A stretch of 64,000 nt of DNA from Iphione sp. A-MEVVRFRX5 (taxonomy: Eukaryota): NCBI GenBank assembly GCA_976226885.1, contig OZ320315.1:64170001-64234000 (forward strand), written 5' to 3'. The notes beneath the pieces were generated by a model. It ran no database searches, was not told where the DNA came from, and saw nothing but the letters and a program-made list of their open reading frames with translations. The first letter of the stretch is position 1. Each line of letters begins with the position of its first letter. Shown in pieces: positions 34,480 through 48,300 of the stretch. The translations under genes were made by a program, and so were the position numbers.

Positions 34480-37034
34480 TGGATGGTTAGAGCAGAGGCC
34501 AGGAAAAGTATAGAGAGCAAGGAGCTCTAGGATGTGGCACACAGGATATGAGTGACATAGAATCAGAGTAGATTGAGTAATCCTTTCTTTTCATTAGTGT
34601 AGAGAAGATATAAATGCTACTAGTGTTTATCTGTTTTCATGTCTAAAGTTAATAAATTATTTTCTATACTGACAATTGTGCACATTTGAATTTTGTTATT
34701 AAAATAACATTTTAAAGCATACATTGTTTTATCAAAAATTGCTGTAATACTTTCTTTTCTAACATTATTTATCAATTACTGGTAGACTACATATATATTC
34801 AACAAACAGTCATTTTCTTACCTGAAGAACAGATTGACTGCATAAAATGAACAGTAACCTTTTGCAGAAGCAATTTTGGTGTGATATGGAAGAGTATAAG
34901 CTGCTAGTATTAGAATGATTTAGCTCAGAATGTAGGTCCTGTTTTTTGATAATAATTAGTAGATTGATGAGTTAATTCCAAGTGCAAGATATTACCACTT
35001 TTTATGTATGGAATCTCGGCCAATTTCGGCAGATGATATGAAGCCGATATTGGATTGACAATTAAATAGGCAGCCATCATTGGACCATTCTCAGTCCACC
35101 AGACTATTTTTTAGCTGTAAGAGTAAAACCAATTGAAGAGTACTCTAGAAGTGGAATTAATTAATACCATCATTTAACATATTTTAGTGTCAAAGCTGAT
35201 CTCAGCAGCGGATGATGGACTGGTGTATTCTGAGGGTGCAAAAAGATGTCGGGGTACAATCGGGTGCCGATGCTGGCCTGATGTCCTTGCTGATGTTGGT
35301 CCAACAATTGACTGAAGAAGGCTTGCTTACAGGGATATTAGTCAAAAGAAGAGTATATTCATTTGAAAAATAGGAAAAATTATGATTGTAAGTTCATTTA
35401 CCGAGTATCATTTCCCTACCAGTGTTTTTTCTAGAATAGCTCTGTATGCCTAGCCCTTTCCTACAACTGCTGCGATCTTACCTGGTTCGAATATGCGTCT
35501 AGAAGCCTTTGGGAGTTCACTGAATGCTTTTGGAGCTGTGGCTCTGCCCACTGGAAAAAAATATCGTAGACACGTGCTTCTGGCATGGGCGAGCAGCAAG
35601 TTGTCTAGGCTTCAGGAGAGCAATTTTTGACCGCACAAAAATTCAGAACTGTTTGACAGAAAAATACAGTGTACCTGATTTGCGAATCATTGCAAATTAC
35701 CTTCTTCATGTATCCAATAGAATTTTATTTTGTCTATAATATTACCATAGATTTTCACGGGTGCCATTTGCCTCAATGCTAGCCATTTATGTTTTGTTTA
35801 TTGTTCAAATTCCCACCTTCCATGAAAGATGTACTCTACTGGCTAGTTCAACTGTCACATCACTAAAAGTTGATATAATCTTATATGGCTTAATTGTATT
35901 CTCCTAATTTACAACTTTTGTCATATAGTTTCCTTCCCTATGCCACACTAAACGAGAGTATGGCTATGGAACGTGAGGTACCTGTTGTTAATATCATACA
36001 GAGTCATTTCCTGAAAAACTAAGCACAATTCCTCTAACCGTACATTCTCTTGCGAACATCCAATTGTCGCCCATCTAACTGTCCAGCGGTGGTCCAGTGA
36101 ATTATTTTGATGTGATCTGACAGCATTTGTGCTGAGTAAGTTAATGGGATTAGGGGATGTTATTAAGAGAAAGAGACGGGATGTAAGGGGCAACTATCTA
36201 ACCTAAGATTAGGCCCATGGCCTTTGTGTTGTTTTTCACCGTCACTCTACCAGCAGACAACTGGACAATGGAAGTTCAGCCCGTTCTTTACATGACCAGA
36301 TAGAGACATGAAGTTGAGAGAATTAGTCTCTAAATAGTACCAGAATGCAACGATGATATCCATCTTCGAAAATGTTACTATTTGTCTTTTTTTTATTTGT
36401 TTGATATGGAAAGAGTAAACGATCACGCTTATTAACAACTTGCAAATGTTGTCTGGCAGTCGAAGACTGGATAATTAATAAAATATCATTATGACCAAAA
36501 TAAAACCTAAGACCACAAAGAAGCCCCTTTATTTGCCTTTTATGGCCGTTGTATCAGTCTAGGGAGAACTAATTTTCTTGCCGACTCACTTATTGCTCCT
36601 GGCTATTTTCCCGTTGCCCAAGCAGGGGCACTGGGGCTGTTCAACTTAATTAAGCAGGAGGAAGTGCCGTGGGTGTTCTCTTGTGATTTTACAAGTATTT
36701 ACGTTCGACGACTTAGTAATAGAAATACGTTCAGACTTTGTAAAGTTTGGGCAAATACAGATTAAAATAGCTTTTCCATTGGCTACAGAGAAAGCAAGAC
36801 ATACAATGCCCATGAATACCGATGAATGCCACCAATACTTGGTTGGTCAATGATTTTCATTACTGAAGTATAATAAATGTTGAACACACCAACAACAACA
36901 CCAGAGTTAATTTTTGAGTTGGTTTTTTAATTCAATCCCAACGTTTCGGCGTAATTTAGCGTTCTTCAGGGGTAACATATATTGAAAAATAAAACAGCTT
37001 AAGTACCTTTTGGGGCGAAAAGGTACTTAAGGTC

Positions 37035-37800
37035 CACCAACCCCTCCTCCCCCATGCAGTCTGGTCCACTTTATTTTCTAGTCCCATGAAAGTTGGGTAT
37101 CGTTGGGGTGTGTAATGAGGCTATTCCCTAGCAGGTCAACTATGTTATAGATGAGGGACACCATGTCAGTAAGGGAGCCAATGCTGTAAGCTCCTATTTG
37201 CACCACTATTTTGAGACGTTTGATCTTGGATCATGCTGTGTTCATCTGCACTGTGACAACTGCAGTGGCCAGAACAAGAACAATTGGGTGTTAGCATATC
37301 TCATGCAGAGAGGCCTGACTGGTCAGCACCAAACAATCACTCCCTACTTTCTTATTTCTGGCCAATGAAGGTGTTTCGGTTTGCTGAACAGAAGTTTTGG
37401 TGTGATTGGTGTGAGTCTGTCTCTAGCCTATCTGAGTTATCTCAGACAGTACTGAAGAGTACCCAAGATCAAGTTATTGTTTTCCAACTTGTTAGCAATG
37501 AGTCTGGGAATGTTCATGTGCCATCCTGTGACTGGCAAGCTTTCCTCAAACCTTTTGTCTGACATTTGTACGACAACTTCACCATTTTGAGTTCTCAAAC
37601 CAGAACCCCAGGGTTATCTCCTTCTTTCAGTATGTAGACAGACAGCCAAACACTTTTAAGATGCTAAGTGTTAACCCCCAAGCTGTTGCCAGGGACCCTC
37701 CCACACCTGTTCCCTCCCCCAGTTTGTTCACCAAGAGATAGTGGAATCCGTTCAAGAACATCAGAGATCTTCTGCACTGTGGAGACCAAAGACATAATGT
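37035..37800 (+). pseudogene. Sola-superfamily (probably Sola2) transposase relic
   Basis: QSGPLYFLVP*KLGIVGVCNEAIP*QVNYVIDEG...KGANAVSSYLHHYF...HLHCDNCSGQNKNNWVLAYL, then DWQAFLKPF; several stops and frameshifts. Confidence 0.75.
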
Positions 37801-37829
37801 GCCCTTAGCCCTCTGTTCCTAAGCCTGCT

Positions 37830-38150
37830 ATGACAGAAGCAGAGATGGACACAGAGCCAGGATCAGCTCCAGGCCCAGCTGCAGGACGTGCTGAGGAAGG
37901 CCCTGCACAAGGTAGGGACTGAGGCAGGGACTGAGGCAGAGGCAGAGGTAGAGGCAGGGGCAGAGGCAGAGCCAGGGCCAGAGACAGAGGCAGAGGCAGA
38001 GGCAGAGTTAGGGGCCATGGGCATACACTTCAGAGGAGGAGGAGGGGGAAGAGGAAGAGATGTTCAGACAAATGGAGAGCTCCACCTCAGACCAGGACTC
38101 TGACTCTGAACCAGAGCCACAGCCACAGCCACAACCTAAGCATGCTAAAG
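37830..38150. repeat. Low-complexity (GAGGCA)n/(AGCCAC)n tract after the Sola relic
   Basis: Repeated gaggcagaggca and agccacagccac hexamers. Confidence 0.7.
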
Positions 38151-41100
38151 GAGGTCTTGGTTGACCAAAAAGACCAGATGAACTTGTTCTACTTGAATGC
38201 CTGCTACACAGTCTGCTAGACTAGAATTGAATGTCTACTTAACTACAATCGAAAAGCACAAGTGGTTGTTTAATAATTTGTACAAAGACTTTGTTCAAGA
38301 CAGTTCATTATTATTATTTTATTACAACCTCCAAGACTATGCTTTTAGACAACCCAAGACAATCATGAACACTTACACATACTATCTTTCAAGACAAGGA
38401 TCAACCTATAGCATTTGTTAAGCTTCTAGATAGAGGTACTGTGATACTTTATACTTGCCTTTCTAGGTTAAGTTTCCATTCCAGAGGGAGATTTTATCAT
38501 ATATTCAGAGGCCAGCACAAAAAAATGTTATGTCTTAAAAGGCATGATTCTTTAGTGTTATGTAGCTCAGATAGTCTAGATAGACTATGTTGAATTTCTG
38601 GAAGATTACGGAATAAGAAATATCCATTGCTAAGGTTATTCTGGAAGACTACAGTAGAGTGTGCCTACCAAAACTTCAAAGGTCAACATCTCAGTTTCTC
38701 ATTTGCAGTTTACGGCATTCTTGGAGTGGGGAATCAAACCCTTTTTGGCACATATTTCTAAAGTGTATTGTATATTCTTTGGGATATATACATATGTTTA
38801 TGGTTAACTTAAATGACCAGATTAGTGTCTAAATTTATATCCTTTGTTAAAAGAAATAATTCAGGAAAAATACTACAGAGGTGAAAAGTGGGTGATAATC
38901 AGGGAGTTTCTACATATTCTAATGTGAACTCTAAAGCCTGGTAAAAACAAACCACTGATAATTTTGACATTTGCACTTTATCTTTAGGTAGTTCTACATG
39001 TGTCTCAAACATAATGTCAGAGCTAGAATTGATGTCAATGTCAAATTATTATTATGAGACAAAACAATACAATGGCTCAAAGAGAGAAACACACTCCCTT
39101 TCACCTCCACACCAGGCAAACTGACCCACATTTGACTAAGGGTACCAGCCTTATCAGCCACTGTGATGTCATGCCCACTTGAAGAATTACCACATAACCT
39201 TGTAACATCACTATATTTTACCAATTTTTTTTTATTAATTTTGCCAGAACGGGTCACATATATTGAAACACATAAGAAAAAAAACACTGGCTTGACACAG
39301 GATATAAACAAGGCTAATGTCATGGTAATAGGTTGAGAATCATTCGGTATATCTGGATGATTTTCTACGAGTAGCTATTCAGTTTAGAAGATTGAAAATA
39401 TGTAAAATAGGATGTAGCACTGCAATCCTAACATTAATCAAATGAATTTTCATCCATGTGTCAACAAAACACTGATACCGTGGACCCGCTAAATAAAGAC
39501 GACAAATTGACAAAAAATCTGTTTTGTCAGCGCAGGACGTCACACCTACCATAAAGTCGAAGTATTTGGAATTCTTTGTAAGGAAGGAAATGCAAAGACT
39601 TTCGATTCGACATTCGGACTAAAACGGACACATTACTGCCTTGATAAATAGTCCAGATAGAAAAGAATCTGTTGCCACCTGTCCCTTTCCTGCATTGTCG
39701 ACACCTTGGATTTTTCCTCTTGCAGCTGCTTCTCGATGATTTATTGATTTTCCTCGATAAAAAAGGCTTAATGGTGTGTTCGTCGTTATGGGGACTTTTT
39801 AAGAGGCTCTAGGGGCAAAGAAGCTGATGGGGAGGATCAAGGTTAATGAGTGGAAAAAAGAACGCCGTGGAGACTCGTAGGTAAGATGGACGAAGACGAT
39901 GGCATCCGCTAGAAATGGGAAGTTTTTCTTGACAAGCGTGTACCAGAGTGCTAAAGGTTACATAGGTTAAAACACGCTAATTCAAGTCGAGGAGTTTCAG
40001 TGTGTCCAGGGCGAATGTCAAATTCAAGGTCTCCTGTCTTTTAAAGTGATATGCTAAAATGAGAACTTATATACCGAGTCTCTGAGTAGGAGCGTTTACT
40101 CAGACATGAACTATTACCTTACATTATGCGAACTGCTAATTCAGTTAATGATGACAACAAACTGATATATAGCAAATGATGTTCTACCTCACACGGAGTA
40201 GACCAAACCGATAAGCATTATGCTATGTATAAAAGCGGCATAATGACATTTCACACCACTGCTCCCCTTCAACCTGATTAGGACCGTGTTAGGTAACACC
40301 TAGGAATATTGTTAGTCTTGTATATCATGGTTTGTATCTCCTTTCATAATCTCATTTATTGTGTAACGTGCAATACAGATCATATGTGACATTCCTTACT
40401 ACATTTATTGCCTATGACATTACCCTCCTAAACACCGCTCTTTCCATTTGCTCTGTTAAGAGAACTGTCTACTTCCCTCTGCCAGTGTCCCTTGCCTTAG
40501 ACTTTTTTCAGAGGATCCAAAGCAGACAAATATTATATGCTAAAATAAAGATTATCACGCATGTTGTATAGCGAAGGTTTTAATAGGTTTCTGCCTAGAT
40601 ACTCAACCTACTGTATTCGTATCTCGTTTTAATCACCGTCTTCTTCCACGTAACTTTACCTGTGCCTTTATCATCGTGTTCTACTTGCTTTTGAACCAGT
40701 TTTCCCAAGTTTCCTCTAAATACTTTGTCTGTTGCATTTTCTCACAGTTTCCACTCCTTGTTTAGAGTAAAGTCTTCATATCTGGAGACTCAATGTCCTA
40801 TCAATGTCTTTCTCCACGTATCAATCTAGGTACATTATTTCCTTTTAGATATTCGGTTTCTCTTTAAAATATGGTTTTTAAAGCGTTACGTTGAAAAATG
40901 TATTCTTCAGTTGAGTGTCACCTCGAGAATAACGACCTTATATCTGGGATTCGAAGGGGAGTTTGAATGTTCAACATAACTCCAGTGTCTCTTTTTAAGA
41001 ACCTCCGCCAGTTGTTGATCTGTGAAAACCTCATTCTCTACGATATGTATACATGTATATATACTTCACATAGATAGCATTCTGTTAATATCCATAGTTA

Positions 41101-42166
41101 CGTATTTTGGCAATGATTGTGTTTGTTATGACAGAATGTATTGTGACGTTAGCATGTTCCTTCTCAGCTGCCACTCGCTGCAACAGTTTTGTTTTTATGA
41201 TATTGTGACTAATGCTTGTTATTAAAGGTTCGTTTTACCCTACCCTTTTGTTGTGCATTTATTAATAGAATATCTATGGGTATATATATGTGCGTGTTAT
41301 ATGTATCTTGCCATTAACTTTCTCCAGATGATCATTTACGGATGATCAAGGTGTAGGACGATTGGGAAATGGGACTATAGCTGCACCGGGGAACCTATAT
41401 GAGCAGTGGCCTAGTCCTTGATGAGCAGCTCATGATGTCCGCACTAGGCGTTCTGGCGCCGTAGATTGAGCAGCTCGCCGTGATCCTTCCTCATTTAGCG
41501 GAGCGCAGACACACCTGGGACAGCTTGGTCCCACCCCACCGCCCTTGGCTCCCGCCACCGCCCCCCCTCCCCCAACCGCAGCTCCCGGTACCCCATAAGT
41601 TCTGTGATCTACCTTGCATCCCAGCGAAACTCCTCGTTGTTTTTAATTCTCTTTGATCTTTTGTTTACCATACCGTTCTCTCAGACGCATTCTCCTATAT
41701 CCATCCGCTATCTTGTAATTCACAAGTCGAATCTCCGTCTTCCCCGGCTGTCTTCTCTCTACTGTATTTTCTACCGTTCACCTTCTACTATGTCTGGTAA
41801 CTTAATTAAGAATTGCCCATACTTCTTTACCGCAACTTTTACAAATTGCCAGCCACGTAATCTTTTTAATCTTCTCTGTCATTCTTTTACTGATTTTCCA
41901 CTGCTTTATGCCAGCACCAGTGTATATAATTACTTTTGTGTTGAAACGCTCAGTTCCTCTCTCTTATTCTCTTTCCTTTCGGGGTTCTTAATTTCTGCGT
42001 TGTTCTTCCTGATCCAACAAACCTTCGATACACTCTAGACTACTTATCATCGACTTCGCAAATGTCCCTGCTTCTTCTTCCTTTGTTTCCGTATATAACT
42101 GTAGATCACTCCATTGGTTAAAAAGCTCAGGAACCTCTTCAGGGGTAAACGAAATAATGCTTCCAT

Positions 42167-42540
42167 CCCAGCAAACACATGGCATTTTCACAATGTTTTA
42201 TGAAGAAATGTTATGAAATTACATTTTTATTATGTTTTAATTCTGTTTTCAAAAGATCTTGAAAAGAGCTTTATAGAACATTTTCAAATAACATTTTACA
42301 ATGTTTTAATAACCTTTTCCAAAACATCTCCAAAAGAGCTAAACAAAACACTGTCCAATAACATTTTTACAATGTTTCCATGACCTTTTCCAAAACATCT
42401 CCAAAAGAGCTTAACAAAACATTTTCAAATAACATTTTTACAATGTTTTGATAAGCTTTGAAAAAACATCTCCCAAAAGTGCTAAACAAAATGTTTCAAA
42501 TAATATTTTTACAATATTTTCATAATCTTTCTAATACAAC
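42167..42540 (+). mobile_element. End of an EnSpm-like non-autonomous element with ~69-bp subterminal tandem repeats
   Basis: Starts cccagcaaacac; about 4 copies of aataacatttttacaatgttt...ttccaaaacatctccaaaagagc. No partner TIR found. Confidence 0.55.
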
Positions 42541-44479
42541 TTTTACCAGATTGTGACATTGTTCAAACTTACGGCAATTTGATCGGTTGATTCTCATTAT
42601 GACATCACAATTAGTAAAAGATACGTCCGCAGTACCGGTTTGTTCAACCGTTCGCAATAGGTCCATTTTTCAGTAAGTGAATTCTGCATAATGGATACTG
42701 CGGTTACGACCTTTTGTCTGAAACTTATTGCTGAAAGGAAAAGGTATTCAGAAAGGTAGTCAAACATGATGAATCAAGTGAATAGTGGGAAACAGGCAAG
42801 TGTGCAGAGATTGAACGATACATTTTTGTGTATGTGCCACTGTCGATTCAGCGATTCCCACCAGGAATATGCAAACAAGACGGCGGATGATCCACACTCT
42901 AACGACCGTAGTTTCCCATACAGGAAGTAATACGCCCAGCGTGCTGCTGAAAGGGGGGTTTCCGGATGTGGAGAGTGATAGACTATGTGGAAACGATAGT
43001 AAACTGGGTGAAATTTTAGACGGTGCTGCGATTTTCTCATACGATGGAGAGAGATGATAGATCCTCTGACCGTACAATCAGAACGGACCTTCCAATTCTC
43101 CATAAACAGTATTTTTTGAATGATTTATTTAAATAAAAGGTGCTCACATTTTTGTAAATTGTGTACACAATTATAGAAAGACGAACGCTATGGGAAAACT
43201 GATTGATGGAATGAAAAAAATAGACGGGATTTGAGAGCGAGGTGCTTCAGAAAAACATTTGTCAGGTGCTTCTGTTTTTTTTTCATTATCAAGACGTTTA
43301 TGATATTTAATGCATAGGACCTTTGGCGACAATTATAATGCATATACGATATTTCAATACGAAGACGGTGCATTACAATTTATACTCGAAATGTAACTAC
43401 ATCTACTGTAGGTTTCTGGTGGTCTCATCATAGCCAGCTGCAGAAATGCGTATATATTTAGGTGCTTACAATCGCCTGGCACTAGTCTTGAGAGAGGCTT
43501 GTACAATTGTGCAGAATATCACCTGTAAGAATCTTTGTTTCATTTATTATCCATCTAGCTGCATTGGTGACCTTCTTTTGAGTCAGTTCAGGAGTGCTTT
43601 GATATCGACTGCCAGTCTGTGAATTTGTTATGAACATATTTCATTTGCATCTTAGGTTAGTACTATTAAAAAATATCTGTTTCCGGTAGCCAAACCGACC
43701 CTAATTTGGGGCTGGTGGAACATTCTCAATGATTGTTCGGCCAATATATGAAGAATACATGAAATATGCAGCTACGGACTCATACTATAAACGATATTCT
43801 TTCTTAGGTCCTACTTTTTCATATGGTGTACGTTTTATCAAGACCCAGGCAATGCATGTGATAGTTTGAGGCCTGAAAACAAACATTATTGTTTGTTTAT
43901 CCATTAACAATCTTTTCCTAAAAACACATACTCATCAGAAACACATTATTTGTCATGCCTTATTATTTGTTACTCGAATGTTTCTAGAGGGCATTCCTTA
44001 TATGTGGTGCATGCAGTTATAACCCATTAATTAGAGATTCGACAACCAGAAAAGCGAATTAACCAAATTCGACTTGAGGAACGAATACATTTGAGCTATT
44101 TGTACTGTTTAACCGGATTTCGTTTCCTGTAACTGGACTGTATTTCATTAAGTTATTAGCTAATTTATTATGGAAATAACGATCTTTAACCATACATATG
44201 GCATGTTAACAAAGCTGCATAATCGACTTACCATCGAGGTGTGAGAGGCAGAGCATCAACCGGGTGGGGCAAGGTATTTCTGAAATAGGGCCTTCAAGTC
44301 AGTCGGCCACGACTTCTTAAGCCTTATATAGACAAGAGATACAGGGGTGCACTGCATTTTATCAACCAAGGGATAAAGTTTCAGCCAACACAGGAGGAGA
44401 CAGTGGGTGAGAGGTCTTATCACAGGCAGGTGACTAGTGGTAGAGTGTCGCACTGCATGCCGTTAACAAAGGGATAGTG

Positions 44480-45360
44480 ATTCGGCCAACACAGGAGAAG
44501 TATACACCCTGGAGGTCCTCCCACCATCCAGGGGGGCATAAAATTGGACTAGGAGAGTGCTTTGCAACAGTCAGTGCAGAGCCGTCAACACATATCAGCC
44601 AGCCACCAAGCGCCACCGTGTCTGTATCACTAATGCCTAGAAGAAGGAATTATGTGAATACAACCACCCAAGCTGGTCTCAAACTGCACTCAGACAGTTA
44701 TTTCCGATCCAGTAGGGGTAAAAGATCATATGACAATTGCCCTGTACTGCAATGCAACTTGCACTGAAAAAAGGCCTTTCCTGATAGGAAAAGCAGTAAG
44801 TACCAGGTGCTTTGGGAAGAATTCTGATCCTGGAATGTATGTCCATGACAGGCATAACACCAAGACCTGGATGACTTCCTTCCCGTGGGGAGAGTTCCAC
44901 CAGATGATGGACGGCAGGACCAAGGCACAGAGTTGTCATTACATCCTCCTGTGTGATCATGCTGGCAGTCACAGATTATCCGAGAAGCTCAGCGACATCA
45001 CACTGAAATATTTGCCTTCCAATACCACTTCCCATATCCATCTTCTGGATGCTGAGATTATAGCTCATTCAAGGCCCAGTATAGGAAAAGGCTGGTCAGG
45101 CATTTTCTGGGGTGTGTGGAGGATAACAGCCCCATGACTGCTGACCTTAGGAAGGCCATCCTCATGGTGCATGGGGCTTTGCAGGCAGTCAGCTCCACTA
45201 CCATCCAGAGTAGCTGGAGGCATACTGACACCCTTCCTAGGACACCCAGACCTGTGGAGGGTGGGGAGGAGGAGGAGGAAGAGGAGGAGGAGAAGGAGGA
45301 GGAGGAGGAGAAGGGCATGCCTCTATCTGACCTGCAGACCATTCTCCAATCACAGTGATC
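44480..45360 (+). pseudogene. pogo/Tigger (Tc1/mariner, DDE_1) transposase relic
   Basis: KDHMTIALYCNATCTEKRPFLIGK..STRCF, HNTKTWMT, ILLCDHAGSH and LKYLPSNTTSHIHLLDAEII, followed by an acidic poly-Glu tail; frameshifted. Confidence 0.85.
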
Positions 45361-48300
45361 TGAAGATTCTCAGGTTCTGATTCCAGGAAATAATGTAATG
45401 TTGCCACAATGTTGTAGCAACATTATTTTTCTGTTGTAGTAACATTATTGTATAATATTGTAGCAACGTAAAAATGTGAAGTTTTATCAAAGTGTCTACA
45501 ATATTGGAAAAGAACTTTCTTGACACCATCACAAAACTCAACAGTCTCACTGCACAACACAGGATTTGAACGCACCTTCTCAAATCCTAAGTCTATCATA
45601 TAACCCACTGATCTATGGGATGTCAGCCCAGGAGTATAGATAGGTGGTCTCCACTGCAGCAACCTCAAGGGAACTCTCCAAAAAAGACTTGCTGTCATTG
45701 GTGATACATCCTGAGGTGAGAGAGGACATTGAAGAAGTGGAGGATGCAGAGGAGGTGACACAACCTCCACGCATCTTGAAAGAGTTCTCCAGGTCAACTG
45801 ACCTCCTTGTCAATAAAAGAAATATACTATGCAGTGTTTCTGAGCAACACATCTTAGGTTCTTTCCAGAAATTCCTTTGCTTTAGATAGGGCCCTATTAG
45901 AGAGTTGGAGTGTGTGAAATGTGGAGTGAATGGAAATGTTCTTCCCTTGTATGTGGCTATTAGAGACATACCCTATCTAACGAGTGGCCTAAGCTTGAGG
46001 TCGCTTCCTATTTAATTTATCTATATCATTTATCTATACATGTAGTTATAGTCACTATCCACGACGTTGGACTGAATGTATCTTCAAGGCGTAATTGTTA
46101 ACTAAGAATTGTGCAGTATGAGAACCGGTGCCACCTTTTATAGGTATGACTCAAACCTTTTTACCATAGCAGGATTTCTGAACTAGACTTTTCTCACGTT
46201 TCTCGGCTGCAGCAGTTGACTTGCCTTATATATGAATGGACCGAAAAGCCCGCTGTAAAGCACGCATTGCTTGATGTATACATGAATCTGCATATTGTAT
46301 GAGACAAAGTCTCACCAAAGAAAGTAAGAGAAACAGTAACGAAAAAAGCACAGTACTCGCTGAAGACATTTGCTTTGGGAATATAGAGAAATGCTGAATT
46401 TCAGCTTTCGTACCTCCGGCTAGGGTTTTCCCTCTTCTCTCAATCAAAGTTCCGTTGTTCTGTATATGATATTACCGGCACCGTCAGCAGAGCTTATAAG
46501 GAATATCTATCCTATTCTCACCTTGCATGTCTTGCCCTCCCTGGCTGAATCTGGCGCCATTCAAAAGCTTAACAGAAAATAGTATTATCGCAAGGAATTC
46601 TCCACCTCCGTATGGCTGCTAAACCTCTGGCCATAAGTTCAGATGGCCGTCTGCGTTACCAGGGAAAATATTGCTCCATGTTAAGTATGCGGTGGACCTC
46701 GAGGCTAGAGGTTTGGGCTGGTGAATGCAATTGTCCACCTTGGCACTGGGAGTAGGATGAAGAAATTGCTGGAGGAGGCAAGAGTCGGAAAGTAGAAAGG
46801 AACGCATGCAGTGATGGCGCGGAGATGGAGTAACAGCCGTTGGAAGGGAGTAAGTAAGAGCGGGCAGCTGGATGGGTTAAAGATATTAAAGGTAGGTAGG
46901 TGATCAGGTAAGGCCGGGCGATGTATTAATATGAAATTGTAACTGTAAGGGAACCTTGCTTGTGGAGTGGATGAGGAAGCGGAAGAATGTGTGCCCTTGA
47001 GATGCTGGTTGGCTTGTTGCCTACGTGTGGGTTGGAAGGTAAGCGTGCAGGTGGCTGCTGGTTGGCTCTGGGTTGAAAGGCTACATGGTAAGTGGACGTG
47101 AGGGTAGGTGATTGCTGAGTTGGTGAGTGGCTGGGTGGGTGGGTGGGTGGTTGGGTGCGTAGGTGTGTGAATGCGTAGGTTAGTGGTAGGGTCACAGGTA
47201 GGCACTTGGGAGGAAAAGCGTGCGGTATGAACCGGCGCGTCTCACAGAGGCAGCATACGTCACTGGGCTCGCGGACCAATAAGAAGCGACAATTGGACGA
47301 GTCGGGATGGACTAACTCACCATACTGCCATCTCGTTGTCAAGCGAACAAACGTACGACCCCCAACAGTCCACCAAGGATAGAGAATCGGTCATAGCTTG
47401 GTGGTTATTCCACTTGGCACTCGCGCGGCACAAGGACAGGAAGGATCGCTTTTAAGCTGCTCATATCAACACAGGCTGAACAGCAGCAAGCGAGCAGCTT
47501 CAAACTTAGCGCAGTACTTTGGGAAAAAAGGGGTGAGCATCTGCAAGCAGTATCTAACGGCAACTCAAGCTCCACAGTAACCAAAGGTGAGGAAGCACGA
47601 GTGTATTTCTTTATATGTAGTTAAACCTCTCCAATTGGAGTATTGAAATCTTGAATTGCTCAGTACTTCATATGATGTGACGATCGCTATTACTGTTTGC
47701 TGGTATATTATGATAGTATATTGCTTCAGATAATTTAATGCTTAAAAATGTTGGCAACCAAAGTGATTATTTGTGCTGAAATCTATATTTGCCTAAATGA
47801 TGAAGTGAATCTACAAAATGCTTTACTCATGCATGCTCGCACCCATATGTTGATTTCTCTGTGTCAGAAAGCCTGACTTCTTATGTTGTGTTTCCACTTC
47901 TCTTTCAAGAAGTGAGGACAGTTGGTAAAATATAGGCATTAATTGTTCCACTCACGGCTCGTTCACTAAGCCCCCTGGGAGACTGGGTCACTTCCTCGTA
48001 CCATGAATACATTTGAAGACATTTTATTCGTCTGTGAGCTCTTTTACTTTTCACCTCGAAATCACTATGAGCAAACGTTCTAAAAAGCCTGCACTGCCAC
48101 AAAGGAATGTGTACTATTTTGGGGGGGATTTATATGCAACTTGATTTATCGTTTGAACATTGTTTCACCCGGCAAGTTTATTGTCACATGAAATGTAAGC
48201 AGTACAAGACTTCTTGCGAAGAATTGTATTAATGCGTGTCGTTCTTATGAATCGCCTTTGCGCTGATTTCGGTTTCGGTGTATGACAACGCTTTTGAATT

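Noticed and set aside
39726-39880. Exon-like segment with acceptor and donor
   Set aside because: Stop codons in all three frames.
40600-42166. Possible LINE ORF1-like relic on the minus strand (LLDQEEQRRN, coiled-coil-like)
   Set aside because: Too degraded to assign; only a weak motif resemblance.
46560-47400. Pro/Thr/His-rich minus-strand ORFs and a (GGGT)n tract
   Set aside because: Low-complexity translation; possibly a retroelement 5' region, but no diagnostic motif.
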